Positions 17,383 through 27,078 of a stretch of 64,000 bases of DNA are shown here, piece after piece. Made by a program: the position numbers and the translations under genes. Position 1 is the first letter of the stretch. Every line of letters begins with the position of its first letter. Source of the DNA: a virus; IMG/VR virus record IMGVR_UViG_3300042291_001557, positions 1-64,000 of that record. One strand, 5' to 3'. A model generated the notes under the pieces. That model had not been told where the DNA came from and ran no database searches. It was given only the letters and a program-made list of their open reading frames with translations.

Positions 17383-18900
17383 ATGCCAGGCGTAGTTATC
17401 TCCACAGCAGTCAGAACAGGCCCATCTTCCGCGACAGTGCGCGAATCTTCGCAGCTTTTTGTTGTCGGATTAGCGGAACGAGGAGCTTCTGGTGAAGCAA
17501 TCCTTGTTCAGAGCCTCGCAGAATTTGAACAAATGTTCGGCGGATACGTTTCGTATTCGTACCTACACCCAACAGTCGAGACCTTCTTTGAAGAGGGTGG
17601 CACTCAGTGCTACATCTCCAGAGTTGTAGGCCCTGACGCAACAGCAGGAACACTTGTTCTTGAAGATGCCACAGACCCAGTCATGACAGTTGACGCCAAT
17701 GGCGCAGGTGCATGGAGCGCAGATGTTGAAGTTACTGTTACTCACCCAACAGCAACAACATTTACAGTTTCCGTCTCTTACGATGGCGACGTTGTCTACA
17801 CCACAGGGAACGTTACCTCGGTAGCGCAAGCTGCTGGTCGTATCAACTTGAGCTCAGTTGCTTCTCGCTACGTAACAGCAACAGCTGTCACCGGTGCAAC
17901 AACTAGACCAGTGGTTCTAGCCTCAACGCCCCTCTCGGCAGGCGACGATGACCTTCTTGCCGTAGACGACGACGTTCTAATCGCCGGCCTTGATGTCTTC
18001 AACGACTCTCTCGGAACTGGTGCGGTTGCAATCCCAGACGCAGAAACGGCTACTCGCCTTACTGTTGGTGGTCCGGTAACTGACTACGACGGCACGCTGA
18101 AGGCCACACAGGACGTATCAACCGCCCTTATTGCTCACGCAAACACCAACAACAGAATCGCCATCTTGCATGGTGGTGTTGCTGACACTCCAGCGTTCGT
18201 AATTGCTAAGGGTGACACACTCAAAGCTCTTGACTCTACCGAGCATGCTGCAATGTACTACCCATGGGTTTTCGTTCCAACAACCACCGCCGGTGTAAGC
18301 AGACTAATCCCGCCAGACGGCTATGTTGCCGCCAAGCGCGCCCTGGCCCATAACCAAGGTGGAGCACATGTTCCAGCAGCCGGTTTGATTTCTGTAGCAA
18401 AGTTTGTTTCAGGAACCGCTCGCGACATCAACAAAACAGATGGTGACGCACTTGATACCGACCAGATTAACTCAATCAGAATCATTCAGAACTCTGTGAG
18501 AATCTACGGTGCTCGTTCATTGTCGGTTGACACTGAAAACTTCCGCTACATCACGACTCAGGAAATCATCAACCACATCGTTGTTGCTTCCCAGCGGTCC
18601 CTCGAAGACCTTGTCTTCGGTGTAATCGACGGACGCGACACAATCTTCTCGGCAATTACGTCAAGATTGATTGCAATCCTTGCGCCATTGCGTGAAGAAG
18701 GTGCCTTGTTCCAGGCTTTTGATGCCAACGGCAAGAAAGTCGACAATGGATACACAGTCCGTTGCGATGCCTACCTCAACCCAGTCAGCCAACTAGCAGG
18801 CGGTACCGTCAAGGCCAAAGTTGGTGTTCGCACCAGCGGTGTCGGCGACAAAATCGAAGTCGACATTATCAAGTCGAATCTGACCGCCAGCGTCGTCTAA
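17383..18900 (+). CDS. Contractile tail sheath protein
   Basis: MPGV, FVVGLAERG, TFFEEGGTQCYISRV, AMYYPWV, IPPDGYVAA, RIYGARSL motifs. Confidence 0.92.
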   Translation: MPGVVISTAVRTGPSSATVRESSQLFVVGLAERGASGEAILVQSLAEFEQMFGGYVSYSYLHPTVETFFEEGGTQCYISRVVGPDATAGTLVLEDATDPVMTVDANGAGAWSADVEVTVTHPTATTFTVSVSYDGDVVYTTGNVTSVAQAAGRINLSSVASRYVTATAVTGATTRPVVLASTPLSAGDDDLLAVDDDVLIAGLDVFNDSLGTGAVAIPDAETATRLTVGGPVTDYDGTLKATQDVSTALIAHANTNNRIAILHGGVADTPAFVIAKGDTLKALDSTEHAAMYYPWVFVPTTTAGVSRLIPPDGYVAAKRALAHNQGGAHVPAAGLISVAKFVSGTARDINKTDGDALDTDQINSIRIIQNSVRIYGARSLSVDTENFRYITTQEIINHIVVASQRSLEDLVFGVIDGRDTIFSAITSRLIAILAPLREEGALFQAFDANGKKVDNGYTVRCDAYLNPVSQLAGGTVKAKVGVRTSGVGDKIEVDIIKSNLTASVV

Positions 18901-18914
18901 AGAAGGATATAAAC

Positions 18915-19394
18915 ATGCCAAAAGTATCTCAGCGCCAAGTACTCGCATCGGTCGTACCGGTCGAAGCAGCGAAGCACCCGAAGTGGACAGGTTTTTACTT
19001 TGCCCAGGTTTCTGGTGGAGAAATTACTGCATCCGTAGAAAAGATTTACGAAGGCGGCAAGCTCCGTCCTACCGTTCTCTGTGCCCCATCTGAAGTTGGC
19101 GACATTACGCTGACCGCTCATTATGACGACGACAGAAACGCAGCAGACGGCCCAACAGGAATTGCAGAAAAAATTGCAACACTCCGCCCGTTGGTTGGTC
19201 GCGCTTCGTATGACATTACGATTGAGACCTTTGACTGTGACCTCAAGGTTCCAGGCACTGACCGCGTGTACTCAAAGGCCCTCTTGGTCGGTATCACAGA
19301 GCCAGACGGCGACTCATCTTCGGGTGCTCCTGCGACTTTCTCGCTAACATTTGCCATCTCGGACGTTGAGTCCGGTGCTGGCGCAGCTGGCTGA
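18915..19394 (+). CDS. Tail tube protein
   Basis: ATG at 18915 after AGAAGGA; FAQVSGGEI...GDITLT...PDGDSSSG...FSLTF; follows the sheath. Confidence 0.8.
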   Translation: MPKVSQRQVLASVVPVEAAKHPKWTGFYFAQVSGGEITASVEKIYEGGKLRPTVLCAPSEVGDITLTAHYDDDRNAADGPTGIAEKIATLRPLVGRASYDITIETFDCDLKVPGTDRVYSKALLVGITEPDGDSSSGAPATFSLTFAISDVESGAGAAG

Positions 19395-19451
19395 TAAATC
19401 TTCTCTTCTGAGTTCCATCACTGGCATGAGTGATGTGCTAGGTTTTCTGTC

Positions 19452-19991
19452 ATGACAGAAAACTCTGAACTCTACACAACATCCACAGAAGATTCTTCTC
19501 CTAAGGGCAAGCAGAATAAACCTGCTGTTACCGTAGAAGAAACTCCACTTCAGAAGCTTACGAGCATCGTGAAGAAAAAGGTTGAGCGCCAGGTTGTGCT
19601 TATTCCTGTTCCAGAACGTCCTGGCGTAAAAATCAAAATCAGTCCAAACATTACCCAGAATCAAATGAAGAACTGGCGTAAGCAAGCTGGTGAAGACACC
19701 CGTAACGGCATGGACGGAACTCGTTTCGCCTGCTCAGTTATTGGTCATACAACCGTTGGAATCTTGTTTGATGACGAAGAAGTATTCGATGATGCCGGTA
19801 ACGAGCTGTCATTCGCTTCTCCAGTCATTCTTGAAATGACCAACACTACTCGCCCGCTCCCTGACTGTGTCAAGGAATTCTTTGGAGTTGACCCTCATAT
19901 CGAGGCTGCCGCTCTTTCAATTCTTGACGCTGCTGGATATTCTGATTCGGTGGACGTTGAGGACCCTACGAAGGGGTCTTCGACGAACTAG
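19452..19991 (+). CDS. Tail assembly chaperone (G-like)
   Basis: Lies between tube and tape measure; ends ...EDPTKGSSTN. Confidence 0.75.
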   Translation: MTENSELYTTSTEDSSPKGKQNKPAVTVEETPLQKLTSIVKKKVERQVVLIPVPERPGVKIKISPNITQNQMKNWRKQAGEDTRNGMDGTRFACSVIGHTTVGILFDDEEVFDDAGNELSFASPVILEMTNTTRPLPDCVKEFFGVDPHIEAAALSILDAAGYSDSVDVEDPTKGSSTN

Positions 19992-20155
19992 TTGAAGACC
20001 CGCTCGTCATCTCGGCAGCAAGATTAGGCGAACTGTTCGGGACAGACCCAGTCAGACTTTTGGATTCAACAGAAACTGAATGGCTCATAAGGCTTGCTTG
20101 TGCTAAAGTAATAAGTAACGACCGCGAAGAGCAGGAACGCAAATCTAGGCAATAA
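19961..20155 (+). CDS. -1 frame extension of the tail assembly chaperone (GT-like frameshift product)
   Basis: Open -1 frame with no ATG, from just after TGA 19958-19960 to TAA 20153-20155: ...YEGVFDELVEDPLVISAARLGELFGTDPVRLLDSTETEWLIRLACAKVISNDREEQERKSRQ. Confidence 0.7.
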   Translation, partial: GPYEGVFDELVEDPLVISAARLGELFGTDPVRLLDSTETEWLIRLACAKVISNDREEQERKSRQ

Positions 20156-20223
20156 ACTAGATTTCCTTCCTACACTCACGCGATTTTCCCAAAAATCGTC
20201 AGATGAGCGTGTGAGGTCTATAC

Positions 20224-23200
20224 GTGGCCAGGGCTGAAGGTACAGTCAATATTGAGGTTAAGGGTGCCCTACAGGGTGCCCTTGAAGTACGCACCCTAAG
20301 CAAGGCTCTCGACAAGCTTGATAACTCAGGCAAGAAGCTAAGTAGCGGCGCTAAAACAATACAGACTTACACCCAAAATCTGACGACCGCAGGAGTAAAA
20401 ACCCGTAAAGTTTTTGACTCCATGGACAAGGGCATAAAGATGATGGGCATGGGCTTAACCAAGGGCCTCATGCTTGCCCTAAAAGCTACAGTTCTTCAGT
20501 TTGGTGTATTTTCCCTCGCCCTAATGGGTGTTCATGCGTTATTCATTGCAGGAAAGTATCTACATAAAGCCTATTCATGGGGAATGACTGCAATGGCCGG
20601 CGCGGCCGCTAGCGCTGCAGTAGCACTTGGAACAGCCGCTGCTGCTATCCGTGAACAACAAGCAGCAATGTTCGCGTTCACAAAGGGTGGAGCTGGAGAG
20701 TTTATTTCTGGGACAAATCAGGCCAGAAACGCAATGAGAACATTGCAAGCTGATTCACAGTTGGCAGGACTTGGCGTAGCTGCCTTAAACAAAGCCTACG
20801 CATCAATGGCTAAGTCAATGAAGTCTTCGCAGATTGCGCAAAGCGGAGCAATGCTAAAGAACCTCATGGACTTTGGTGCTGCAGGGCAAGACCCAGCAGC
20901 AGCAGCCGACAAGGTTGGAGCACTTATTGAAGCCCTCAACAACTCCAAGACAAGCATGGCAAGCGTTAAGCAAGCGGCAAAAGCGCTTGGCCCACAAATG
21001 GAACAAGCTCTCAAAAAAGCAAAAGTAACCAGCAAAAAACAGATGAAAGAACTCATCATGTCTGGCGAGCTTGCTAAAGCTGGTGGAGTCGCTGGACAAT
21101 TTGAAGCGGTCAACTCAACGCTGATTGGGCAAGCCAAATCTTTCTTTACTCAAATAAAAGGCGAATTTGCAGACTTTGGTCAACAGTTTCTTGAACCAGC
21201 AAAAGTTGCAATGCAAAAAATCTTTAAGATTATTAGAACTGACCTTTTGCGTGTCAGTGGTTCTTTGGGTGAATTCGGAAAAGGCGCTTTCTTTGACGGA
21301 CTTGTAAGCGGAGTTGAAAAAATATCAAACTTTTTTGTAAAACTCATGAGAGAATGGTTGCCAAAGACTGATGGCTTTTTCAAAAACATGTCTGGCGGCT
21401 GGGAAAAGTTTGCTAGATGGTTCAGAATTTCAAGAGAACAACTTAGACCGTTTGTTGAAGGTGCCAAAGCCGTAGAGGGAATCTTTAAGCCGATTCTTTC
21501 GGCTTTGAAGTCTGGGTTTCTAGATTCATTCAAAGACTTCAATGAAGGTGCTATTAGCAATAAGGAAACGTTTGCCGAAATAGGACAAAGCCTTGGTGGC
21601 TTAATTACTGAGCTATTTAAACTTTCAGACATATTCAGTACGGCATTTATGGATGCATTGCCTTTCCTTAATGATGTTATTAAAGGCATAACCAGTGTCG
21701 TCAGTATGATGACTGGTCTTCTTTCCAAGTTCAGTGGGATTCTTGGCGGACCAATGGCTTACATGGCTCTACTCATGATGGGCCGCAACATGAAGAACAA
21801 CAAGGGTGGGTTCCTTGGCAAAGAACGCGCCCCCGTAAACACGATGAACGTTACTGCCACCAACGTAAACATTGGCGGCAAACCAATACCCGGTGGTCCT
21901 GGTGGACCCCCACCCGGCGGCCCTGGTGGACCAAAACCCATACCTACTGGCCCAAGACCAATTGGTCCAGGAGGAAAGCCGATACCAATTGGTCCAGGAA
22001 GACCACCACTTGCACTGGGCCCTGCCAAGGGCAATATCAACTACGACGTACATGGGAGCCCTCTATACGGAGGTCGCAGATGGGGCGGAGATTCAAGAAC
22101 AGGAGAATTCGATGCCCACGGAAGACCTGTTACATGGGGGAAGGATTACCCCAACCCTGATGCAAAACTTGTAGGAAGAGCTGGTGGCTGGAGAACAAGA
22201 AAAGACGGAAGCAGATACTTCAACAAAGGTATGTGGACAAAAAAAACCCCAGGCACTGGCGACGTTGGAATAACGGGTCGAGGTGGCATGCCTTACTCTG
22301 GTTCCCCAATGCTCGCCATAGGTGCAGGACCAACCGCAGCAGGAACTGCTGGAGCAACAGACGGAGCCATTCAGGCAGCAAGTGGCGCAAATGCTCGCCG
22401 GGTATTGTTAATGCAACAGAGATACCAGAACTTAGGACCAGGCGTAGAAAGAGACCAAGCAGCAGCATGGCTTTCTGGTCGTGGTCACGCATTAACCCCA
22501 CCGGCCGGTGGCGGTGGAGGAACAAGGTTCTCTTCTGGCGCAACACCCGGACCTAGCGGCGGCGGTGGTGGAATGCCAGGTCCTGGTGGTCCAGGCACGG
22601 CACCTCCAGGAGCTGGTGGACCAGGAACCCAAGGCGCATACAGAAGGAACGGCCTATGGGCTCGCATGAATGCCGGTGCCGCCCAGCAGGCTCAGGGCAA
22701 TACTGGACTTGGTAATGACTTGTTCAGAACAAAAATTACTGGTCGTCGATTTGCAACAGCAGAAACTGATGCAAACGGTGAATACACCGGCCGAGTAATG
22801 AATCTAAGTAGAAAAATTGACCCAATCACGGGCAATAGGATTACAACCGGTCAAGGCGCTACTTATGACCCACAAACAGGCTTTGTTTCCACAAAAGGCA
22901 TGAGCGTTGGAAACAAGATTAAGTACTCCGGCATGACTACCCGCTCAATAAGAAACGGTGCTCTTGGTTCTGCAGTTCTTGGGAATGCCGAAAAAGGTAT
23001 TGGCGGATTAAATAACAGCATGGGTGCGAAGATGGCTGTTGGTATGGGTATGTCAGCATTGTCTCAAAAGATGCCAGAAGAAGCACAAGGGGCAATGGCT
23101 CTTGGCGGAATGGTTGGTCAATTCAACCCACTGGCGGGTATGGCAGTTGGCCTTGGTGGGGCTGCTCTCAAATCAAGAACTGCTGGCGGTGGAGCGATGA

Positions 23201-25431
23201 CTGGTGCTGGGGCTGGTGCAGCAATAGGAACAATGATTGCTCCAGGAATTGGTACTGCCGTGGGTGCAGCGCTTGGTGCAATAACTGGCGCGCTCGCTGG
23301 TTTTGTTGGAGGAATGCGACAAAGGGCAAAAGAAGCAAAAGACGCAATGGGGTCTTTCTTAAACGGAATAGCAACACGCGAATTTGTTAATGCTCAGGGT
23401 GCAATCGTTAGTCAAGAAAAAGCTGCAGCTGCTGGAGAAAATTTATCTGGACGAAGTGGAGCGCTTGAAGGCGTTGCTGGAAGAACTGCTGAAAAATACC
23501 AGAAACTGAGCAACACTCTCAAAGCAAAAAACTTTGGTGGGAAATACAGCACAGAAACAGGCGAGTCAGCGGTTAGTGGCGCAAAAGGTGGCGCTTTGGC
23601 TGGAATGACATTGGGTGCTGGTGCCGGAGCAATCGTAGGAACAGCAATACCAATACCTGCGATTGGAACACTCACCGGCGCCCTAATAGGTGGAGCAATT
23701 GGTCTTGTCGGCGGAGCTCTTGTGGGTGGTGTTGGTGGCGCAATAAAAGGATGGCTTGGTAGCGGCAAGCGGAAAAAGCAACAAGCAAAAGATTTTAGCA
23801 TTCTTGAGGAAATAAATAAAGACCCTGCGTTTAAAGGAATTATTTCCGATACTGACATGAAATCTATTAGGAAAGATAAAGGCGCTGCCCTTGAAAAAAT
23901 GGGCAAAGACCTTCCAGAAAAACTAGCAGCAGCCACAGAGGTAAGTGACCAACAAGCCAAACGTATGGAACTGCTTAAAAAAATGAGTGGCAAGTCAGGT
24001 GCGGAACTTGAAGTTCTAGCCAAGAAGATGGGCGTCAATCTTTATGATGCGGCAGCAAAGACTAGTGACATCGTTGAAAAACTTGGAATGACAATGGTTA
24101 AAACGGCTAACGAAATGAAGGACGCAAACATTGACGTGTCCGTTAATTCAATTAATACCGCTTTTGATGACATCATAAAAAGAGTCAACGCCCCTAAGAT
24201 TTACAGCGAGAGAGGGCGGCAAGTAGGCGACGTAATTAGGGGTGGAGGAGATGCTGGCTCTATTCTCGAGGCATTAAAAGGGTTCCAAGAATCGTCGCTC
24301 GGAATGGGCGATAGCCCCATAGATTCCTTCTACGGGCAAATGGAGCAAGTTGGGTCACTTGCCAACCCAGGAAAACTTTTCCAAAAAGGTGGCGCATGGG
24401 ATGATATTGACCCAGCCAAATTCTTTACCCCTGAAGTTTCAGCAGCGCTAGCCAAACAAGCGCAAGAAACCGAAAAAGGATTTACGACAAACGCAACCGG
24501 ACAAATTTCTGGAATGATGGCCAAATCTGGAATGTATGCAAACGAAAACCAGATGAACGCCATGATTGGGAGCATGGACGCCCCAAACAAGGAAAGATTC
24601 CTCAGAGACATGGAGTCTGGGGCTTTCAACATAACAGACCCGTTTGCAAACAAAACCGACGAAGAAGCTAAGAAAATATATAGCGCTAAAGGTTTTGACA
24701 GCAAAGAAGCATATATGTCGGCTGAAGTAAACTCCAAGTTTGCTTCTTATGGTGTAAATAATCCGAAGCTTGATTTTGCAAGCATCGATAAAGATACCAA
24801 TGCTGTTGCCGACAAGATGAGTACCGCCTCGGATACTTTTGCTGCTGCTGTTACAACATTCTCTACCAATATGGGTTCCTACTTTACTGACTCTGCCGGA
24901 AAACCTGAGTGGTGGACCAAAGAAGCCATGAAGGAAATCATGAATGGCGACACAAGCACCCCTCGTGGTGGCTCTATAGGAGATACAACTTCATCAAGAC
25001 TTAGTCAGACAATGGCTAGACACAATTCTATTAACGGTTCAATTGCTGGCAACAGGTCAATAACCTCTTCTTATAGAACCTACGGTCTTGGCTCTCTGAA
25101 CTCCGACCATGTGACAGGAAGAGCAATAGACCTTGTTGGGCAAAACCTCGGCTCCTATGCTGTCGCCACTCGTAATGCTGGTGGATTTGCGGAGTTCCAC
25201 GGAAGCGGAAACGCAAGACACCTTCACGCGGTCCCAGGAGCTGGAGCAATCGGCGACACGCTTACTCCAGTTTCTAACCAAACAGGTGGGGCAACTAGCG
25301 CTACTGTTACGTCCGGAAGTAACTCGTTTACCTTCCATATCAATGGTGGACAGAATAACCCTGAAGAGATAGCAAACATGGTGATGGCGAAGATACAGAA
25401 CTCTGAACAGAGAATTAGAGAGAGAATCTAA
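20224..25431 (+). CDS. Tape measure protein with C-terminal M15-type (SxHxxGxAxD...HxH) peptidase domain
   Basis: 1735 aa Ala/Gly-rich helical protein after the chaperone; glycine-zipper hydrophobic segments; NSDHVTGRAIDL...RHLH near the C-terminus. Confidence 0.88.
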   Translation: MARAEGTVNIEVKGALQGALEVRTLSKALDKLDNSGKKLSSGAKTIQTYTQNLTTAGVKTRKVFDSMDKGIKMMGMGLTKGLMLALKATVLQFGVFSLALMGVHALFIAGKYLHKAYSWGMTAMAGAAASAAVALGTAAAAIREQQAAMFAFTKGGAGEFISGTNQARNAMRTLQADSQLAGLGVAALNKAYASMAKSMKSSQIAQSGAMLKNLMDFGAAGQDPAAAADKVGALIEALNNSKTSMASVKQAAKALGPQMEQALKKAKVTSKKQMKELIMSGELAKAGGVAGQFEAVNSTLIGQAKSFFTQIKGEFADFGQQFLEPAKVAMQKIFKIIRTDLLRVSGSLGEFGKGAFFDGLVSGVEKISNFFVKLMREWLPKTDGFFKNMSGGWEKFARWFRISREQLRPFVEGAKAVEGIFKPILSALKSGFLDSFKDFNEGAISNKETFAEIGQSLGGLITELFKLSDIFSTAFMDALPFLNDVIKGITSVVSMMTGLLSKFSGILGGPMAYMALLMMGRNMKNNKGGFLGKERAPVNTMNVTATNVNIGGKPIPGGPGGPPPGGPGGPKPIPTGPRPIGPGGKPIPIGPGRPPLALGPAKGNINYDVHGSPLYGGRRWGGDSRTGEFDAHGRPVTWGKDYPNPDAKLVGRAGGWRTRKDGSRYFNKGMWTKKTPGTGDVGITGRGGMPYSGSPMLAIGAGPTAAGTAGATDGAIQAASGANARRVLLMQQRYQNLGPGVERDQAAAWLSGRGHALTPPAGGGGGTRFSSGATPGPSGGGGGMPGPGGPGTAPPGAGGPGTQGAYRRNGLWARMNAGAAQQAQGNTGLGNDLFRTKITGRRFATAETDANGEYTGRVMNLSRKIDPITGNRITTGQGATYDPQTGFVSTKGMSVGNKIKYSGMTTRSIRNGALGSAVLGNAEKGIGGLNNSMGAKMAVGMGMSALSQKMPEEAQGAMALGGMVGQFNPLAGMAVGLGGAALKSRTAGGGAMTGAGAGAAIGTMIAPGIGTAVGAALGAITGALAGFVGGMRQRAKEAKDAMGSFLNGIATREFVNAQGAIVSQEKAAAAGENLSGRSGALEGVAGRTAEKYQKLSNTLKAKNFGGKYSTETGESAVSGAKGGALAGMTLGAGAGAIVGTAIPIPAIGTLTGALIGGAIGLVGGALVGGVGGAIKGWLGSGKRKKQQAKDFSILEEINKDPAFKGIISDTDMKSIRKDKGAALEKMGKDLPEKLAAATEVSDQQAKRMELLKKMSGKSGAELEVLAKKMGVNLYDAAAKTSDIVEKLGMTMVKTANEMKDANIDVSVNSINTAFDDIIKRVNAPKIYSERGRQVGDVIRGGGDAGSILEALKGFQESSLGMGDSPIDSFYGQMEQVGSLANPGKLFQKGGAWDDIDPAKFFTPEVSAALAKQAQETEKGFTTNATGQISGMMAKSGMYANENQMNAMIGSMDAPNKERFLRDMESGAFNITDPFANKTDEEAKKIYSAKGFDSKEAYMSAEVNSKFASYGVNNPKLDFASIDKDTNAVADKMSTASDTFAAAVTTFSTNMGSYFTDSAGKPEWWTKEAMKEIMNGDTSTPRGGSIGDTTSSRLSQTMARHNSINGSIAGNRSITSSYRTYGLGSLNSDHVTGRAIDLVGQNLGSYAVATRNAGGFAEFHGSGNARHLHAVPGAGAIGDTLTPVSNQTGGATSATVTSGSNSFTFHINGGQNNPEEIANMVMAKIQNSEQRIRERI

Positions 25432-27077
25432 TGGCAGTTTTAGCTCAGCCCATTCAGAATACTTATTTCTATAAAGAAATTCGCAAAACACAGCCCGGGG
25501 TTGGGGTCATTTATCCCGGCTACCCTGTTTACCACTTGTATAAAAACATTCCAGATGGTGCGCCGTATAGGTTGGACGAAATTGAATACTGGATGCCCCT
25601 TCCAGGACTAAACGTATACAAAGAATACACATCCGGCGATGAAAACGTTTTAGCCGAAAGAACTAAGTACGAGCCACGACTTGAACTAGGAGTTAAAAAA
25701 GGTCGTAGGTATTACTCGGACAGGTTTGATGTTTACACTCATAAGTATTGTGGGACCAAGCTTTACGTTGCAACTGGAAGAACCCGTCTTTATCCTCTGT
25801 CTCCAGATACAAATCCATATTCGTATAGAAATATTCAGATTTGGATTGAGAGTCCAGAGACATACGTAAATACGTATGACAGTTATGGAACGTTAATCGT
25901 TCCGTCCTATTGGTATCACCCTTTCAACAACATGTTTTACCCTTTTGGCAACCTGCAGACTTTTGGAATCACAGACAGTCAGTACCTTATTGACAGCCTG
26001 TTCACTAGGGATACGTCTGGCAAGAGCGACGAAGCCTTGATGGCCAATGCTGCAGAATCGATAAGAATTGCCCAAATAGACGAACTGATGTCCAAGGGGA
26101 GCAGTAGGGAAGAAGCAGTTGCGTTGATTAATGCCAATGCTCAATCTGCCCTAACAACAAGAGCAGCGCAATCATTGATTACCCCAAACTCAATAACAGC
26201 AAGACGCCCAGTAAAAAGTCAAAACATAGCAGTGAACGTCAGAGCATCCTCCCTCAGGGGTGTTTCGGCAAGTTCGGTATCTATTTCAGCATCACAAAAT
26301 CCAAAACTTGTTCAGACGACAACTTCGGGACAAGAGCCATTAGTGTACGAGTTCCTTCATAGACCAAATCAAATTTCATACAGCAACATAGGTTCAGAGT
26401 GGTCGCCAATAGACAGGGCGGCAAATAGGCCTATGATTGACTGGAAAGCATACAAGCTTATGAATGTCTCCTTTAGTTTCATTGTTGCCGCTGATGGCGC
26501 GGGAAGCCTTGATACGGCAATAGATGGCAAGGTAATAACAACAAGCATTGATGCAGAACTTAAAACTTTGCGTCAAATGGCAACAAGCCCATTCCCTGTT
26601 GTTTTTATGGGATTTGACAAACTGTTGGAAGAGCCAGTCAGGTTTCCATTTAATAACGATGCCGGAAAAGGTTCCTTGTTTGTTATAGCCGACTTTAGCG
26701 TTAGCTCTATCTATAGAAGCTCTACTGGGGCAATAAGCCGCGCATCATGCGACATAACGCTTACCGAGTATCCAAAAGAAATGATAAAGCTAATTGAGTT
26801 TCCAAAACTCAAACCAATACCGGAAATACCGCCACCACCGCCAGGCAACAAGGGCATGTGCGATAGTACCCTTGCAGAGACAACATGGAATAGAAAAACA
26901 GTTAGTGAGGACTTGTTAGCAGAAATGGCAAGACTTGGGTTCATAACGTACAACGGAAAATGCAGCAGCATAATTCCTTTCAATCAAGATGTGTATCAAA
27001 AAATTGTCAATAACCCTAGTCTTATCTACAGAATTGATAAAGCGGGCAACACCGGCATGGGGGGCCGTTTAACATAA
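25431..27077 (+). CDS. Baseplate tube-initiator-like protein with N-terminal extension
   Basis: Follows the tape measure; middle region PNQISYS...VSFSF...FVIADFSVSS...RASCDITLTEY resembles a tube-initiator fold. Confidence 0.55.
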   Translation: MAVLAQPIQNTYFYKEIRKTQPGVGVIYPGYPVYHLYKNIPDGAPYRLDEIEYWMPLPGLNVYKEYTSGDENVLAERTKYEPRLELGVKKGRRYYSDRFDVYTHKYCGTKLYVATGRTRLYPLSPDTNPYSYRNIQIWIESPETYVNTYDSYGTLIVPSYWYHPFNNMFYPFGNLQTFGITDSQYLIDSLFTRDTSGKSDEALMANAAESIRIAQIDELMSKGSSREEAVALINANAQSALTTRAAQSLITPNSITARRPVKSQNIAVNVRASSLRGVSASSVSISASQNPKLVQTTTSGQEPLVYEFLHRPNQISYSNIGSEWSPIDRAANRPMIDWKAYKLMNVSFSFIVAADGAGSLDTAIDGKVITTSIDAELKTLRQMATSPFPVVFMGFDKLLEEPVRFPFNNDAGKGSLFVIADFSVSSIYRSSTGAISRASCDITLTEYPKEMIKLIEFPKLKPIPEIPPPPPGNKGMCDSTLAETTWNRKTVSEDLLAEMARLGFITYNGKCSSIIPFNQDVYQKIVNNPSLIYRIDKAGNTGMGGRLT

Positions 27078-27078
27078 A

